64,000 bases of DNA from the NCBI GenBank assembly GCA_963785195.1, contig CAWAUE010000003.1, forward strand, positions 9,137 to 73,136, written 5' to 3'. Below the pieces are notes generated by a model, which was not told the origin of the DNA, did not search any database, and saw only the letters and a list, made by a program, of their open reading frames with translations. Source of the stretch: an uncultured Solirubrobacterales bacterium. Its GTDB lineage: Bacteria; Actinomycetota; Thermoleophilia; Solirubrobacterales; 70-9. This document shows, in pieces, positions 39,801-48,791 of this stretch; positions within the stretch are counted from its first letter, which is position 1; each line of letters starts with the position of its first letter. A program made the translations under genes and the position numbers.

Positions 39801-39949
39801 TCCGCGTCGCCGCCGACGTTCAGCGTGCGACCCGCGCCACCGCGCTCGAGGACCGCGGCCCCGAGGTCGAATTCGGCCGCGACGGGATCGTGGTCGAATA
39901 CCGGCCGTTCGAGATCATCACCCTGCGGATCGAGCTCGGGCGTCGATGA
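36891..39949 (+). pseudogene. Glycoside hydrolase family 38 alpha-mannosidase; single frameshift near 37585 (or a sequence error)
   Basis: ORF 36891..38102 (frame 3) up to LNRFCN joins ORF 37082..39949 (frame 2) at LWQAAERDTW. GH38 blocks VGHAHVDTAWVWP, YWSPDTFGH, GHGDGGGGP. Confidence 0.85.
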
Positions 39950-39978
39950 TCGCGGCGTCCTGCCGCGTCATTGCCGAC

Positions 39979-41095
39979 CTACGTGGCGAGGCGCTCGGGG
40001 AGGCCGAAGTTGCCGAACGCGGCCTGGAGCCTGCGCGCGTCGGTGGGCTGCTCGGGCATGCGCGCGATCGTCTCCGGTTCGGGATCGACCGGCTCGCGGG
40101 TGATGAAGGCGTCGACCTCGCTGATCTTGTTCCCGCGGAGGGTGAGCACGTTGAGCGCGAACGGCATGATACGCACCCTCGTCGTCGTCCCAGGAGTAGA
40201 AGGCGAGCGCCGGCTGGCCGTTGGCGCTCACCAGCAGCGGCTTCCAGCGCCAGGTCCCGGACATCGGCCAGCGGGCCAGGAAGATGGCGATCTCCTCGCG
40301 GCCGCCGAACCAGGTCTTCAGCGGCGGCATCGTGAAGGCGGCGTCCTCGGTGAGCATCTCGACCACGGCCTCGACGTCGCCCCGCTCCCAGGCCTCGACG
40401 TAGGAGTCGACCAGCTCGCGCAGCCCGTCGTCGCCGAGCGCGCGCAGCGTCTGCTGCTGGCTCTGCTCCGGCAGCCGGTCGTCGACCGTCTTGCGGGCGC
40501 GCTGCAGGGCGCTGTTGACCGAGGCCGTCGTGGTCTCCAGGATGTCCGCCGCCTCCTTGGCGGAGAATCCGAGCACCTCGCGCAGGATCAGCACGGCTCG
40601 CTGGTTGGCCGGCAGGAGCTGCAGCGCGGCGATGAACGCGAGCTCGATCGCCTCACGCTGCTCGTAGCGAGCCTCGGGGCCGGCCAGCCCGTCCTCGATC
40701 TCCAGGCGCTCGTCGGCCAGCGGCTCGATCCACACCGACTCGACCACGGGCTCGCCGGGGCCGCCGTGGGGGTCCGCGGCGGGGCCGTAGTCGACCGGCA
40801 GCACGCGCTTGGGGCGCCGCTGGATCGAGTCGAGGCAGGTGTTGGTGGCGATCCGGTAGAGCCACGAGCGCAGCGAGCTGCGCCCCTCGAAGCGCGCCAT
40901 CCCCTTCCAGGCGCGCAGCAGCGCCTCCTGGAGGGCGTCCTCGGCGTCGTGGACCGAGCCGAGCATCCGGTAGCAGTGCGCCTGGAGCTCGCCGCGCCGC
41001 GGCTCGACCAGCCGCTGGTAGGCGCCCTCGTCGCCGCCGCGGGCGGCCGCGAGCAGGGCGCGCTCTTCGACTTCCGGAATCACGCTCATCGGCAC
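39979..41095 (-). pseudogene. ECF sigma factor with fused C-terminal SnoaL-like domain (SigG/SigJ-like); frameshift near 40168
   Basis: Region 2: DAEDALQEALLRAWKGMARFEGRSSLRSWLYRIATNTCLD. Region 4: LPANQRAVLILREVLGFSAKEAADILETTTASVNSALQRAR. SnoaL-like part: YVEAWERGDVEAVVEMLTEDAAFTMPP. After DDEGAY the homology continues in ORF 39979..40176 (MPFALNVLTLRGNKISEVDAF). Confidence 0.8.
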
Positions 41096-41142
41096 TCACA
41101 GTAAAGACCGGCGCGCCGGCGCGGATTCATCGCGCCCGACCG

Positions 41143-41550
41143 ATGAGTTCGGACGCCTGTCCCAGTCTTACCCACAGCATGCGAATGCCCCCGCGATCGA
41201 AGCCAGTCGTCCATCTGGAGCTCCACACGGGCGACCTGCCCGCCGCGCAGCAGTTCTACGAGGGCCTCTGCGACTGGCGGGCGCAGCGCGTCAGGGCCGG
41301 CGCCGCCTCCTACCTGGCCCTGCAGATGGGAAACGGCTTCGGCGGCGGAATCGTCGAGTGCGCGACCGGCCGCCCCCTCTGGCTGCCCTACGTAGAGGTT
41401 TCCGAGATCGACGAAACGACGGAGCGGGCTCGTAACCTGGGGGCCTCGGTGTTGCTCGAGCCCCGCGAGGGGCCGGCGGGATGGCGGAGCGTCGTGGCGG
41501 CGCCGGCCGGCGGCGAGATCGCCTTCTGGCAGCCCAAGCCGGGTCGCTGA
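41143..41550 (+). CDS. VOC (glyoxalase/bleomycin-resistance fold) family protein
   Basis: Motifs VVHLELHTGDLPAAQQFYEGL and LPYVEVSEIDETTERARNLGASVLLEPREGPAGW. The start could instead be ATG 41179. Confidence 0.75.
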   Translation: MSSDACPSLTHSMRMPPRSKPVVHLELHTGDLPAAQQFYEGLCDWRAQRVRAGAASYLALQMGNGFGGGIVECATGRPLWLPYVEVSEIDETTERARNLGASVLLEPREGPAGWRSVVAAPAGGEIAFWQPKPGR

Positions 41551-41651
41551 CGCGGCGGCCGCACGAGCGTCACAGAAGGGCGATGAGTTTCGTCCAACTG
41601 AGTTGGTCTTATGGATCGACAGGCAAGCGAAGACGAGGACGAGGAGCGACG

Positions 41652-43160
41652 ATGACCGAGAACGAGAAGCAAGCCGAACGCAAGCGCTGGATCGCCCTCT
41701 ACGTGCTCTGCGCGGGCATGCTGATGATCGTCCTCGACGTCACCGTCGTCAACGTCGCGCTGCCGTCGATCCAGGACGATCTCGGCTTCTCGCAGTCGAG
41801 CCTCGCCTGGGTCGTCAACGGCTACCTGATCACCTTCGGCGGCCTGCTGCTGCTCGCCGGGCGGTTCGGCGACCTCATCGGCCGTAAGAACGTGTTCATG
41901 GCCGGGTTGGCGCTGTTCACGATCGCCTCGGTCGCCTGCGGTGCGGCCCAGACCCAGGGGATGCTCGTCGGCGGCCGGTTCGTGCAGGGGATCGGCGGCG
42001 CGATGACCTCGGCGGTGATCCTCGGGATGATCGTGACGATGTTCCCCCAGCCGCGCGAGCAGGCGAAGGCGATCGGCGTCTACGCCTTCGTCGCCTCGGC
42101 CGGTGGCACGATCGGGTTGCTCGCCGGCGGCGTCCTCACCCAGGCGATCAGCTGGCACTGGATCTTCTTCATCAACGTCCCGATCGCGATCGCGACCGCG
42201 TTCCTCGCCACGAGGCTGATCGAGCGCGACCAGGGCATCGGCCTCGACAAGGGCGCCGACACTCCCGGCGCGCTGCTGATCACCACCTCGCTGATGCTCG
42301 GCGTGTACACGATCGTCAAGCCCGCGGCGGATCAGGGCTGGACCGATCCGCAGACGCTCGGTCTCGGAGCCGTCTCCCTGGCGCTGCTGGTGGGCTTCAT
42401 CGTGCGCGAGGCGAAGGCCGCGAACCCGATCATGCCGCTGCGGATCTTCCGCTCGCGCAACGTCTCCGGCGCCAACGTGGTCCAGGCGCTGCTCGTCGCC
42501 GGGATGTTCGGGACCTTCTTCCTCGGCTCGCTGTACATGCAGGAGGTGCTCGGCTACGACCCGCTCGAGATCGGGCTCGCGTTCCTGCCCGCGACGCTGA
42601 TCATGGCGACGCTCTCGGTGCGCTACGCCGAGCCGCTGATCATGCGCTTCGGTGCCCGCCGCTCGCTGATCTCCGGCATGGTGCTGGTCGCGGCCTCGCT
42701 GGCGCTGTTCGCGCAGGCCGGGGTCGGCGGCAGCTACGTGTCGGACGTGCTGCCGGTGATGATCCTGCTCGGCTTCGGGATCGGGGTCTGCTTCCCCGCG
42801 CTGATGTCGCTGGCGATGTCGGGCGCGACCGGGGCCGACGCCGGACTCGCCTCCGGGCTGGTCAACACCTCGGCTCAGATCGGCGGGGCGATCGGCCTCG
42901 CGGTGCTCGCGACCCTCTCGACAACGCGGACCGAGAATCTGCTCGCCGACGGCCAGGCGCAGGCGGCCGCGCAGACCGGCGGCTATCACCTCGCCTTCTG
43001 GATCGGCGCGGCGCTGGTCGTCGCCGCCATCGCCGTCGCGGCGACGGTGCTGCAGCCCGAGCGGGAAGCCAAGGCCGAAATGTCGGAGGCCGATCCTGAG
43101 TCCGGGCACGAGGCCGAGCACGACTCCGCCCGCGGCGAGCCGGTCTACGACGCCGCCTAG
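41652..43160 (+). CDS. MFS transporter, DHA2 (EmrB/QacA, 14-TM) type
   Basis: ATG 41652 after GAGGAGGAG. Motifs LMIVLDVTVVNVALPSIQDDLGFS and GRFGDLIGRK. Confidence 0.9.
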   Translation: MTENEKQAERKRWIALYVLCAGMLMIVLDVTVVNVALPSIQDDLGFSQSSLAWVVNGYLITFGGLLLLAGRFGDLIGRKNVFMAGLALFTIASVACGAAQTQGMLVGGRFVQGIGGAMTSAVILGMIVTMFPQPREQAKAIGVYAFVASAGGTIGLLAGGVLTQAISWHWIFFINVPIAIATAFLATRLIERDQGIGLDKGADTPGALLITTSLMLGVYTIVKPAADQGWTDPQTLGLGAVSLALLVGFIVREAKAANPIMPLRIFRSRNVSGANVVQALLVAGMFGTFFLGSLYMQEVLGYDPLEIGLAFLPATLIMATLSVRYAEPLIMRFGARRSLISGMVLVAASLALFAQAGVGGSYVSDVLPVMILLGFGIGVCFPALMSLAMSGATGADAGLASGLVNTSAQIGGAIGLAVLATLSTTRTENLLADGQAQAAAQTGGYHLAFWIGAALVVAAIAVAATVLQPEREAKAEMSEADPESGHEAEHDSARGEPVYDAA

Positions 43161-43171
43161 TCACTGAGCTA

Positions 43172-43540
43172 TTAAGCGAAGGCGATCAGCAGCGCGGTCG
43201 CGATCCCGAGCGCGGCGCCGAAGCCGGCGAGCAGCAGATCGAAGCTCGCATGCGAGAGCCGGTTCGCGCCGCGCTCGAGGTCCGCGGCGAGATAGCGCTC
43301 GCGCGCGGCCCCGTAGACGATCAGCGTGATCCCGTAGACCGCAAACGCCACCCCGACGAGCACGAACGGCCACTGGGTCTCCGAGTGCTGGAGCTCCGGG
43401 ACCACGCGGCCGATGCCGATTCCCACCGCCAGGGCGGTGAGCCCGGTGCGCCACCAGGCGAGCTGGGTGCGCTCGAGCGCCAGCCAGGTGCGGCGCGACG
43501 CGTCCTTGGTCTCGTGGTCTTCGCCGGCGGGCATGTCCAC
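43172..43540 (-). CDS. DUF202 (YidH-like) membrane protein
   Basis: LALERTQLAWWRTGLTALAVG plus two further TM helices. Confidence 0.8.
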   Translation of the reverse strand: MDMPAGEDHETKDASRRTWLALERTQLAWWRTGLTALAVGIGIGRVVPELQHSETQWPFVLVGVAFAVYGITLIVYGAARERYLAADLERGANRLSHASFDLLLAGFGAALGIATALLIAFA

Positions 43541-43589
43541 TTACATGAGGATCGCAGGGCGAGCCCTGACCAGGCATGATCCCGCCGCG

Positions 43590-44672
43590 ATGACCGATCT
43601 CGTCACCGGCTTCCCCGGGTTTATCGGCAGGCGCCTGATCGCAGCCCTGCTCGACGCGGACGACGGGGCTCGCGTCGTCGCGCTGGTCGAGCCGCGGATG
43701 CTCGCGACGGCGCAGACGGTCGCCGAGTCGCTCGACGCCGACCGCATCGAGCTGCTCGCCGGTGACATCACCGATCGCCGGCTCGGGCTCGAGCCCGACG
43801 ACTACGAGCGCCTCCGGGCGGAGGTACGCCGCGTCTTCCACCTCGCCGCGATCTACGACCTGGCCGTTCCGCTCGAGCTCGCCCAACGGGTGAACGTCGA
43901 CGGCACGGGCAACGTGCTGGACCTCTGCCGCGCCGCCGAGCGCCTCGAGCGCCTCGCCTACGTCAGCACGGCCTACGTCGCCGGCCTGCGGACCGGGATC
44001 GTCTACGAGCACGAGCTGGTCATGGGGCAGGCGTTCAAGAACCACTACGAGTCGACGAAGTTCCAGGCCGAGGTCTGGGTTCGCGACCTGCTCGACGAGG
44101 TCCCCACCACGATCCTGCGGCCCGCGATCGTTGTGGGCGACTCGCGCACCGGCGAGACCGAGAAGTTCGACGGCCCGTACTACATCCTGCGCGCGCTCTC
44201 CCGCGCCCAGCGCATGGGCAGGCCGATGCCCCAGTTCGGCCGCTCCGAGGCGGCCTTCAACGTCGTCCCCGTCGACTACGTGGTCGCCGCGATGACGGCT
44301 GCCGCCGACGACCCGGCGACGCTCGGCCAGACCCTGCACCTCGTCGACCCCGACCCGCTGACCGCCCACGAACTGGTCGACCTGCTCTCGCGCGCCTACG
44401 CGGGCCGGGCCCCCCGCGGCCGGGTGCCCGCCGGGCTCGTCGAGCGCTCGCTGCGCGTGCAAAAGGTGCGGGAGCTCTTCGAGGGGATCCCCTCGGAGTC
44501 GATCGCCTACCTAAACCACCCCGTGGTCTACGACGCCCGGCGCACCGTCGACCTGCTTGCCCCTCACGGTCTGGTGCCACCGAAGTTCGGCGAGTACGCC
44601 CCGGCGATGGTCGACTTCTTCCGCGCGCACGAGGACGACCCGGCGCTGCGCCCCAAGCCGCCCGCTGGTTAG
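43590..44672 (+). CDS. NAD-dependent epimerase/reductase (extended SDR, acyl-CoA/thioester reductase-like)
   Basis: ATG 43590. Motifs VTGFPGFIGRRL, YVSTAYV, YESTKFQAE. Confidence 0.8.
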   Translation: MTDLVTGFPGFIGRRLIAALLDADDGARVVALVEPRMLATAQTVAESLDADRIELLAGDITDRRLGLEPDDYERLRAEVRRVFHLAAIYDLAVPLELAQRVNVDGTGNVLDLCRAAERLERLAYVSTAYVAGLRTGIVYEHELVMGQAFKNHYESTKFQAEVWVRDLLDEVPTTILRPAIVVGDSRTGETEKFDGPYYILRALSRAQRMGRPMPQFGRSEAAFNVVPVDYVVAAMTAAADDPATLGQTLHLVDPDPLTAHELVDLLSRAYAGRAPRGRVPAGLVERSLRVQKVRELFEGIPSESIAYLNHPVVYDARRTVDLLAPHGLVPPKFGEYAPAMVDFFRAHEDDPALRPKPPAG

Positions 44673-44680
44673 CCGCGGGC

Positions 44681-45859
44681 CTACGGCGTCTCGACCAGGC
44701 GCGAGACCTCGCCGTCGTACTGCGTGAGGTAGATCTGGTGCAACGGCCCCTGGCCGAGGCTGGTGAGCTCCGGCCGACGGGCGACGCTCACGTTCAGGTT
44801 GTCGACGGCGGCGGGCGGGTTTACCTGGGGGACGAAGCTGCGCAGCCACCCGCGGCAGTAATCCCCGTACAGGTAGCGCCCGCGGAGCGAGGGGAGGTTC
44901 GGGTCCCTGACCACGTAGCCGCCCATGACCGCGCAGTTCCCGTTGGCGTGCCCGTACACGAGCACCGGGAAGGTGACCGGGTGCGCGCCCGGGAACGACG
45001 GGTCGTAGACGTGGAAGCCCTCGTACTCCGGCCAGCCGAAGTTCGCGCCCGAGGCCGCCGTGACGGGCAGGTAGTTGATCTCCTCGAACATCGTCTCGCC
45101 GACGTCGCCGATGGCGATCCGGCCGCCGTCGAAGGAGAAGCGCCACGGGTTACGGAAGCCGTACGCGTAGATCTCGTCGCGGCCCGGCTTGCCGACGAAC
45201 GGGTTGTTCGACGGCACCCGGTAAGCGCTCGCGCCGTGGGCGCGCGGGTCGATCCGCAGGAGCTTGCCGAGCAGGACGTTGAGGTCCGGCGCGTTGGAGC
45301 CGCCGGTTGCCTCGTCCCCTGTCGAGAGATAGAGGTAGCCGTCAGGCCCAAACTGGAGCTGGCCGCCGTTGTGGTAGGGGGTGTCGGGGTGGGGCACCAC
45401 TAGCACCGGGCGGCGGGTGCCGGGCAGCGCCTTCGTCGGGTCGGTCGCCGACCGGCGGAACTCGTCCACCTCCACGTCCCCGTTGACGTTCGTGAAGCAG
45501 ACGTAGAAGCGCCCTGAAGTGTCGTAGTCGGGCGGAAAGGCCACCGAGAGCAACCCCTGCTCGATGCTCGTTCCGGGGTCGGGCGGGCCGAGGACGATCG
45601 ACGAGATGTCGAGGAACGGCGCGCCGGTCGGCGCCTCGTTGCGGAGCACCTGGATCACGCCGCGGCGCTCGACCACGAACAGCAGGTTGCCGCTGCGCGG
45701 AGCTCCGGTGACGTACATCGGGTGATCGAACGTGCCCACCGGCACGGTCGTGATGGCCGCGGACGCGGACGGCGCGGCGACGGCGCCGACGAGCATCACC
45801 ACGCCTGCAACGAGCCAACGGCGGATCGGCCGAGCGCTTGACCCCGTACCCCCCTTCAT
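44681..45859 (-). CDS. PQQ-dependent sugar dehydrogenase (soluble glucose/sorbosone dehydrogenase family)
   Basis: Signal peptide, then GLLSVAFPPDY, HNGGQLQFGPDGYLYLSTGD, GKLLRIDP, YAYGFRNPWRFSFD, NFGWPEYEG. Start ATG 45859 preferred over GTG 45880. Confidence 0.85.
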   Translation of the reverse strand: MKGGTGSSARPIRRWLVAGVVMLVGAVAAPSASAAITTVPVGTFDHPMYVTGAPRSGNLLFVVERRGVIQVLRNEAPTGAPFLDISSIVLGPPDPGTSIEQGLLSVAFPPDYDTSGRFYVCFTNVNGDVEVDEFRRSATDPTKALPGTRRPVLVVPHPDTPYHNGGQLQFGPDGYLYLSTGDEATGGSNAPDLNVLLGKLLRIDPRAHGASAYRVPSNNPFVGKPGRDEIYAYGFRNPWRFSFDGGRIAIGDVGETMFEEINYLPVTAASGANFGWPEYEGFHVYDPSFPGAHPVTFPVLVYGHANGNCAVMGGYVVRDPNLPSLRGRYLYGDYCRGWLRSFVPQVNPPAAVDNLNVSVARRPELTSLGQGPLHQIYLTQYDGEVSRLVETP

Positions 45860-45872
45860 CAGGGCCGCGATT

Positions 45873-46208
45873 CTAGCCACCCCCCGAGCCCGGCTCGCAA
45901 ACGAGCTCGTCGAGGGCCTCGGCCGGGACCCGCACCAGCTCCATCTCCACGCGCGCGCCGGCGAACGGCACGCCCTCGGCCTCCAGCAGGCGCCGCTGCC
46001 GAGCGCCCTTGGCGAGCGAGCCGTCGGCGCGGACGACCCGGTGCCAGGGGACGCCCGGGTCCTCGCAGACCGAGAGCGCCCGCCCGGCGGCGCGCGGCGC
46101 CCCCGGGGACAGATCGCCGTAGCTCGTGACGAATCCCGCGGGGATCGCCCGCGCGCGCCTCAGGATCTCTTCTTCCCGCCCGCTCACCGTCCGGGTTTTG
46201 TAGCTCAC
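45873..46208 (-). CDS. Alkyltransferase-like protein (ATL; MGMT-fold DNA-binding protein lacking the acceptor cysteine)
   Basis: IPAGFVTSYGDLSPGAPRAAGRALSVCEDPGVPWHRVVRADGSL: PWHRV replaces the PCHRV motif. Start is GTG 46208 or 46187. Confidence 0.75.
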   Translation of the reverse strand: MSYKTRTVSGREEEILRRARAIPAGFVTSYGDLSPGAPRAAGRALSVCEDPGVPWHRVVRADGSLAKGARQRRLLEAEGVPFAGARVEMELVRVPAEALDELVCEPGSGGG

Positions 46209-46240
46209 AAACGTCCGCCCGGCGACGTTTACTGGGTCGT

Positions 46241-46798
46241 ATGGCTTCCACGCAGACCGAGACCGGCATGGTGCTGTTCGAGACGGCGATCGGCCGCTGC
46301 GGCATCGCCTGGGGCGGCGACGGACTGGTCGCGATCTCACTTCCCCACTCTCGCGACGAGCGCACCCGCGAGCAGCTGCGCCGGCGCGCGCCCGGGGCCG
46401 ACGAGCGCACGCCGCCCGCGTTCGTGCGCGAGGCGATCGACAGGATCGTCGCCCTGCTCGACGGCGAGCCGAGCGACCTGGACGGCATCGAGCTCGACCT
46501 CGGCGGCGTCGAGCCGTTCGACCGCCGGGTCGCCGTCGCGGCGCGGTCCGTCGGCCCCGGCCAGACGGTGACCTACGGCGAGCTCGCGGCGAGGATCGGC
46601 GCCGCCGGCGAGGCGCGCGAGGTGGGCGCAGCGCTCGGGCGCAACCGCTTCCCCCTGGTCGTCCCGTGCCACCGGGTGGTGGCCGCCGACGGCGGCCTGG
46701 GCGGCTTCTCGGCGCCGGGCGGAACCGAGACCAAGCGCCGGCTGCTCGCGATCGAGCGGCGCCACGGCGACGGCCCGCTCACGCTGTTCGACGGCTAA
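46241..46798 (+). CDS. ogt: Methylated-DNA--protein-cysteine methyltransferase
   Basis: VTYGELAARIGAAGEAREVGAALGRNRFPLVVPCHRVVAADGGLGGF with a canonical PCHRV active site. Confidence 0.9.
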   Translation: MASTQTETGMVLFETAIGRCGIAWGGDGLVAISLPHSRDERTREQLRRRAPGADERTPPAFVREAIDRIVALLDGEPSDLDGIELDLGGVEPFDRRVAVAARSVGPGQTVTYGELAARIGAAGEAREVGAALGRNRFPLVVPCHRVVAADGGLGGFSAPGGTETKRRLLAIERRHGDGPLTLFDG

Positions 46799-47868
46799 CC
46801 GGCGACGCGCGCCAGCGTGGCGTCGGTCTCGGTGACGAGGCCGCGGACGAGGTCGGCCGCCGGGCCGCGGCGCAGCATCGGCGCGCCCTGGCCCGCCAGG
46901 CGCATCACGATCTCGAGCTCGCCGCGTTCCAAGCCCGCGGCCCGCAGCTCGGCGAGCAACATCGCCTGGAGTGGATAGGGAGGCAGCCGGGCGCCGCTGG
47001 ACTCGAGGTCGCGCACCCAGCCCGTGCGCACGGCCCGGGCGGGGCGGCCGGTGAAGGCGGCCGTCACGACCGTGTCGCCGTCCGCTGACGCCGCGAGCGA
47101 GTCGACGTAGGGCGCGGGTGCGCGCGTCTCGTCGCAGCCGATGAAGGCCGTACCCATCTGCACGCCGTCCGCCCCCAGGGCGAGCGCGGCCGCGATCCCG
47201 CGCCCGTCCATGATCCCTCCGGCCGCGATCACGGGCACGTCGACGCGGTCGCGGACCTGCGGCACCAGCGCCATCGTGCCCACCATCGCGGACTCGAACT
47301 CCCCGTCGAACGTGCCGCGGTGTCCCCCGGCCTCGCTGCCCTGAGCGGCCACGGCGTCGCAGCCCGCCGCCTCGACCGCCGCCGCCTCCGCGCTCGTGGT
47401 GGCCGTGCCGACGACGGCCACGCCCGCGTCACGGAGCGCCGCGAGCGCCTCGGCCGGCGGCAGCCCGAAGGTGATGCTGAACACCGCAGGCGGGTCGGCC
47501 AAGAGGACCTCGAGCTGCGCCTCGAACCGGCGTGGCGGGGACGGGGGCTCGGTGCCGGGGCCGAGTCCAAGCCGCTCGCGCCAGGGGGCGATCCGCTCGA
47601 GCATCGCGTCGACGGCCGCGGCGTCCTCCACCGCCGGCAGCGGAGCGAAGAGGTTGACGCCGAACGGCTCGTCGGTGAGGCGGCGGACCGCGGCGAGTTG
47701 CTCGCGCAGGGCGTCAGGGCTCAGCATCGCGCCGCCGAGCGACCCGAGGCCACCGGCGTTGGACACCGCGGCGACGAGCTCCGGGGTGTTGACGCCCGCC
47801 ATCGGCGCCTGAATGAGCGGGTAGCGGGTGCCGATCAGACCCGCGAGCCGGGTGTCGAACCAGGCCAT
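46795..47868 (-). CDS. Nitronate monooxygenase (NMO / 2-nitropropane dioxygenase family)
   Basis: Motifs YPLIQAPMAGV, AAGGIMDGRGIAAALALGADGVQMGTAF. Confidence 0.9.
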   Translation of the reverse strand: MAWFDTRLAGLIGTRYPLIQAPMAGVNTPELVAAVSNAGGLGSLGGAMLSPDALREQLAAVRRLTDEPFGVNLFAPLPAVEDAAAVDAMLERIAPWRERLGLGPGTEPPSPPRRFEAQLEVLLADPPAVFSITFGLPPAEALAALRDAGVAVVGTATTSAEAAAVEAAGCDAVAAQGSEAGGHRGTFDGEFESAMVGTMALVPQVRDRVDVPVIAAGGIMDGRGIAAALALGADGVQMGTAFIGCDETRAPAPYVDSLAASADGDTVVTAAFTGRPARAVRTGWVRDLESSGARLPPYPLQAMLLAELRAAGLERGELEIVMRLAGQGAPMLRRGPAADLVRGLVTETDATLARVAG

Positions 47869-47994
47869 CGGCTCAGCCTAGCTCCGTCCTGCCCACGTGA
47901 ACGGCCGACGGCGTCGCGATGCGATCATCCACGGACGATGTCGCACGACTTTCTCCCCGGACGCTGCGTGCCCGGGCGGCGCCAGCCGTCGGAG

Positions 47995-48384
47995 ATGACG
48001 AACGAGGAGTTCGACGCGCTGATCGAGCACAGCGAGGCGCTCGCTCGAAACCACCGCCACCAGAGCCGCGAGCTGACGCCGTTCGAGCGCCTCGTCGCCG
48101 ACGCGATCGACCGGCTGCCCGACGAATTCGTCGGCGTCATCGAGCATGTGCCGGTGGTCGTCTCCCACCGCGGCGCCGAGGTCCACGCCTACGGCCAGTA
48201 CTACGGGGCGACGATCGCACGCGACCGCGCGGCGCACCGGATCGTGATCTTCCAGGACACGCTCGAGCGCGACTTCGGCTTCGACCCGAGGCTGCTCGCG
48301 GCGCAGGTCGAGCGCACGCTGCGCCACGAGGTCGCCCATCACCTCGGCTACGACGAACCCGGCGTCGCCGCGCTCGGCCTCTAG
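47995..48384 (+). CDS. Metallopeptidase-like protein (DUF1025, zincin fold)
   Basis: C-terminal HEVAHHLG motif. Start ATG 47995 (alternative 47938) inside ORF 47320..48384. Confidence 0.75.
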   Translation: MTNEEFDALIEHSEALARNHRHQSRELTPFERLVADAIDRLPDEFVGVIEHVPVVVSHRGAEVHAYGQYYGATIARDRAAHRIVIFQDTLERDFGFDPRLLAAQVERTLRHEVAHHLGYDEPGVAALGL

Positions 48385-48391
48385 GAGCTAC

Positions 48392-48766
48392 CTAGCGCGG
48401 GTCGATCCGGTCGCGGAAGCCGGACGACGGCTCGACGGTCGCGCCAAGCCCGTGGACGAGGTCGGAGAGCAGGTGATCGGAGGTGACCACGCGGATCGAG
48501 CGTGGGTTGGGGTCGGCGCGCACGCGGCGGACGATCTCGTCGTCGGCCGCGTTCGGCCCCGGCTTCGGGGCGTGCGCGATCTCGACCAGCGGCGAGGTCA
48601 GCGGCGGGCGCGGCTTGCGCTCGAAGACCACGGTGACGTCGTCGCCGCTCTCCGCCGACCAGCGCTCGAGCCGGTCGACCAGCCGGGCCATCGCAGCGTC
48701 GCGATCGCGCCACCAGCCGTCGGGCCGGCTTCCGATCACGTTCATCCCGTCCACCAGCAGCCGCAC
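48392..48766 (-). CDS. NYN/YacP-like (PIN-related) domain protein
   Basis: MRLLVDGMNVIGSRPDGWW and VVTSDHLL. Confidence 0.75.
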   Translation of the reverse strand: MRLLVDGMNVIGSRPDGWWRDRDAAMARLVDRLERWSAESGDDVTVVFERKPRPPLTSPLVEIAHAPKPGPNAADDEIVRRVRADPNPRSIRVVTSDHLLSDLVHGLGATVEPSSGFRDRIDPR

Positions 48767-48791
48767 GGAACCAGGATATGCGGGGCGCGCC

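Noticed and set aside
41551-41651. Checked leaders of the MFS, antiporter, GGDEF, amine-oxidase and binding-protein genes for known riboswitch cores (guanidine, fluoride, Mn, c-di-GMP, and a second ydaO).
   Set aside because: I could find none of the conserved cores I remember. Only the 61729-61850 element matched a known class.
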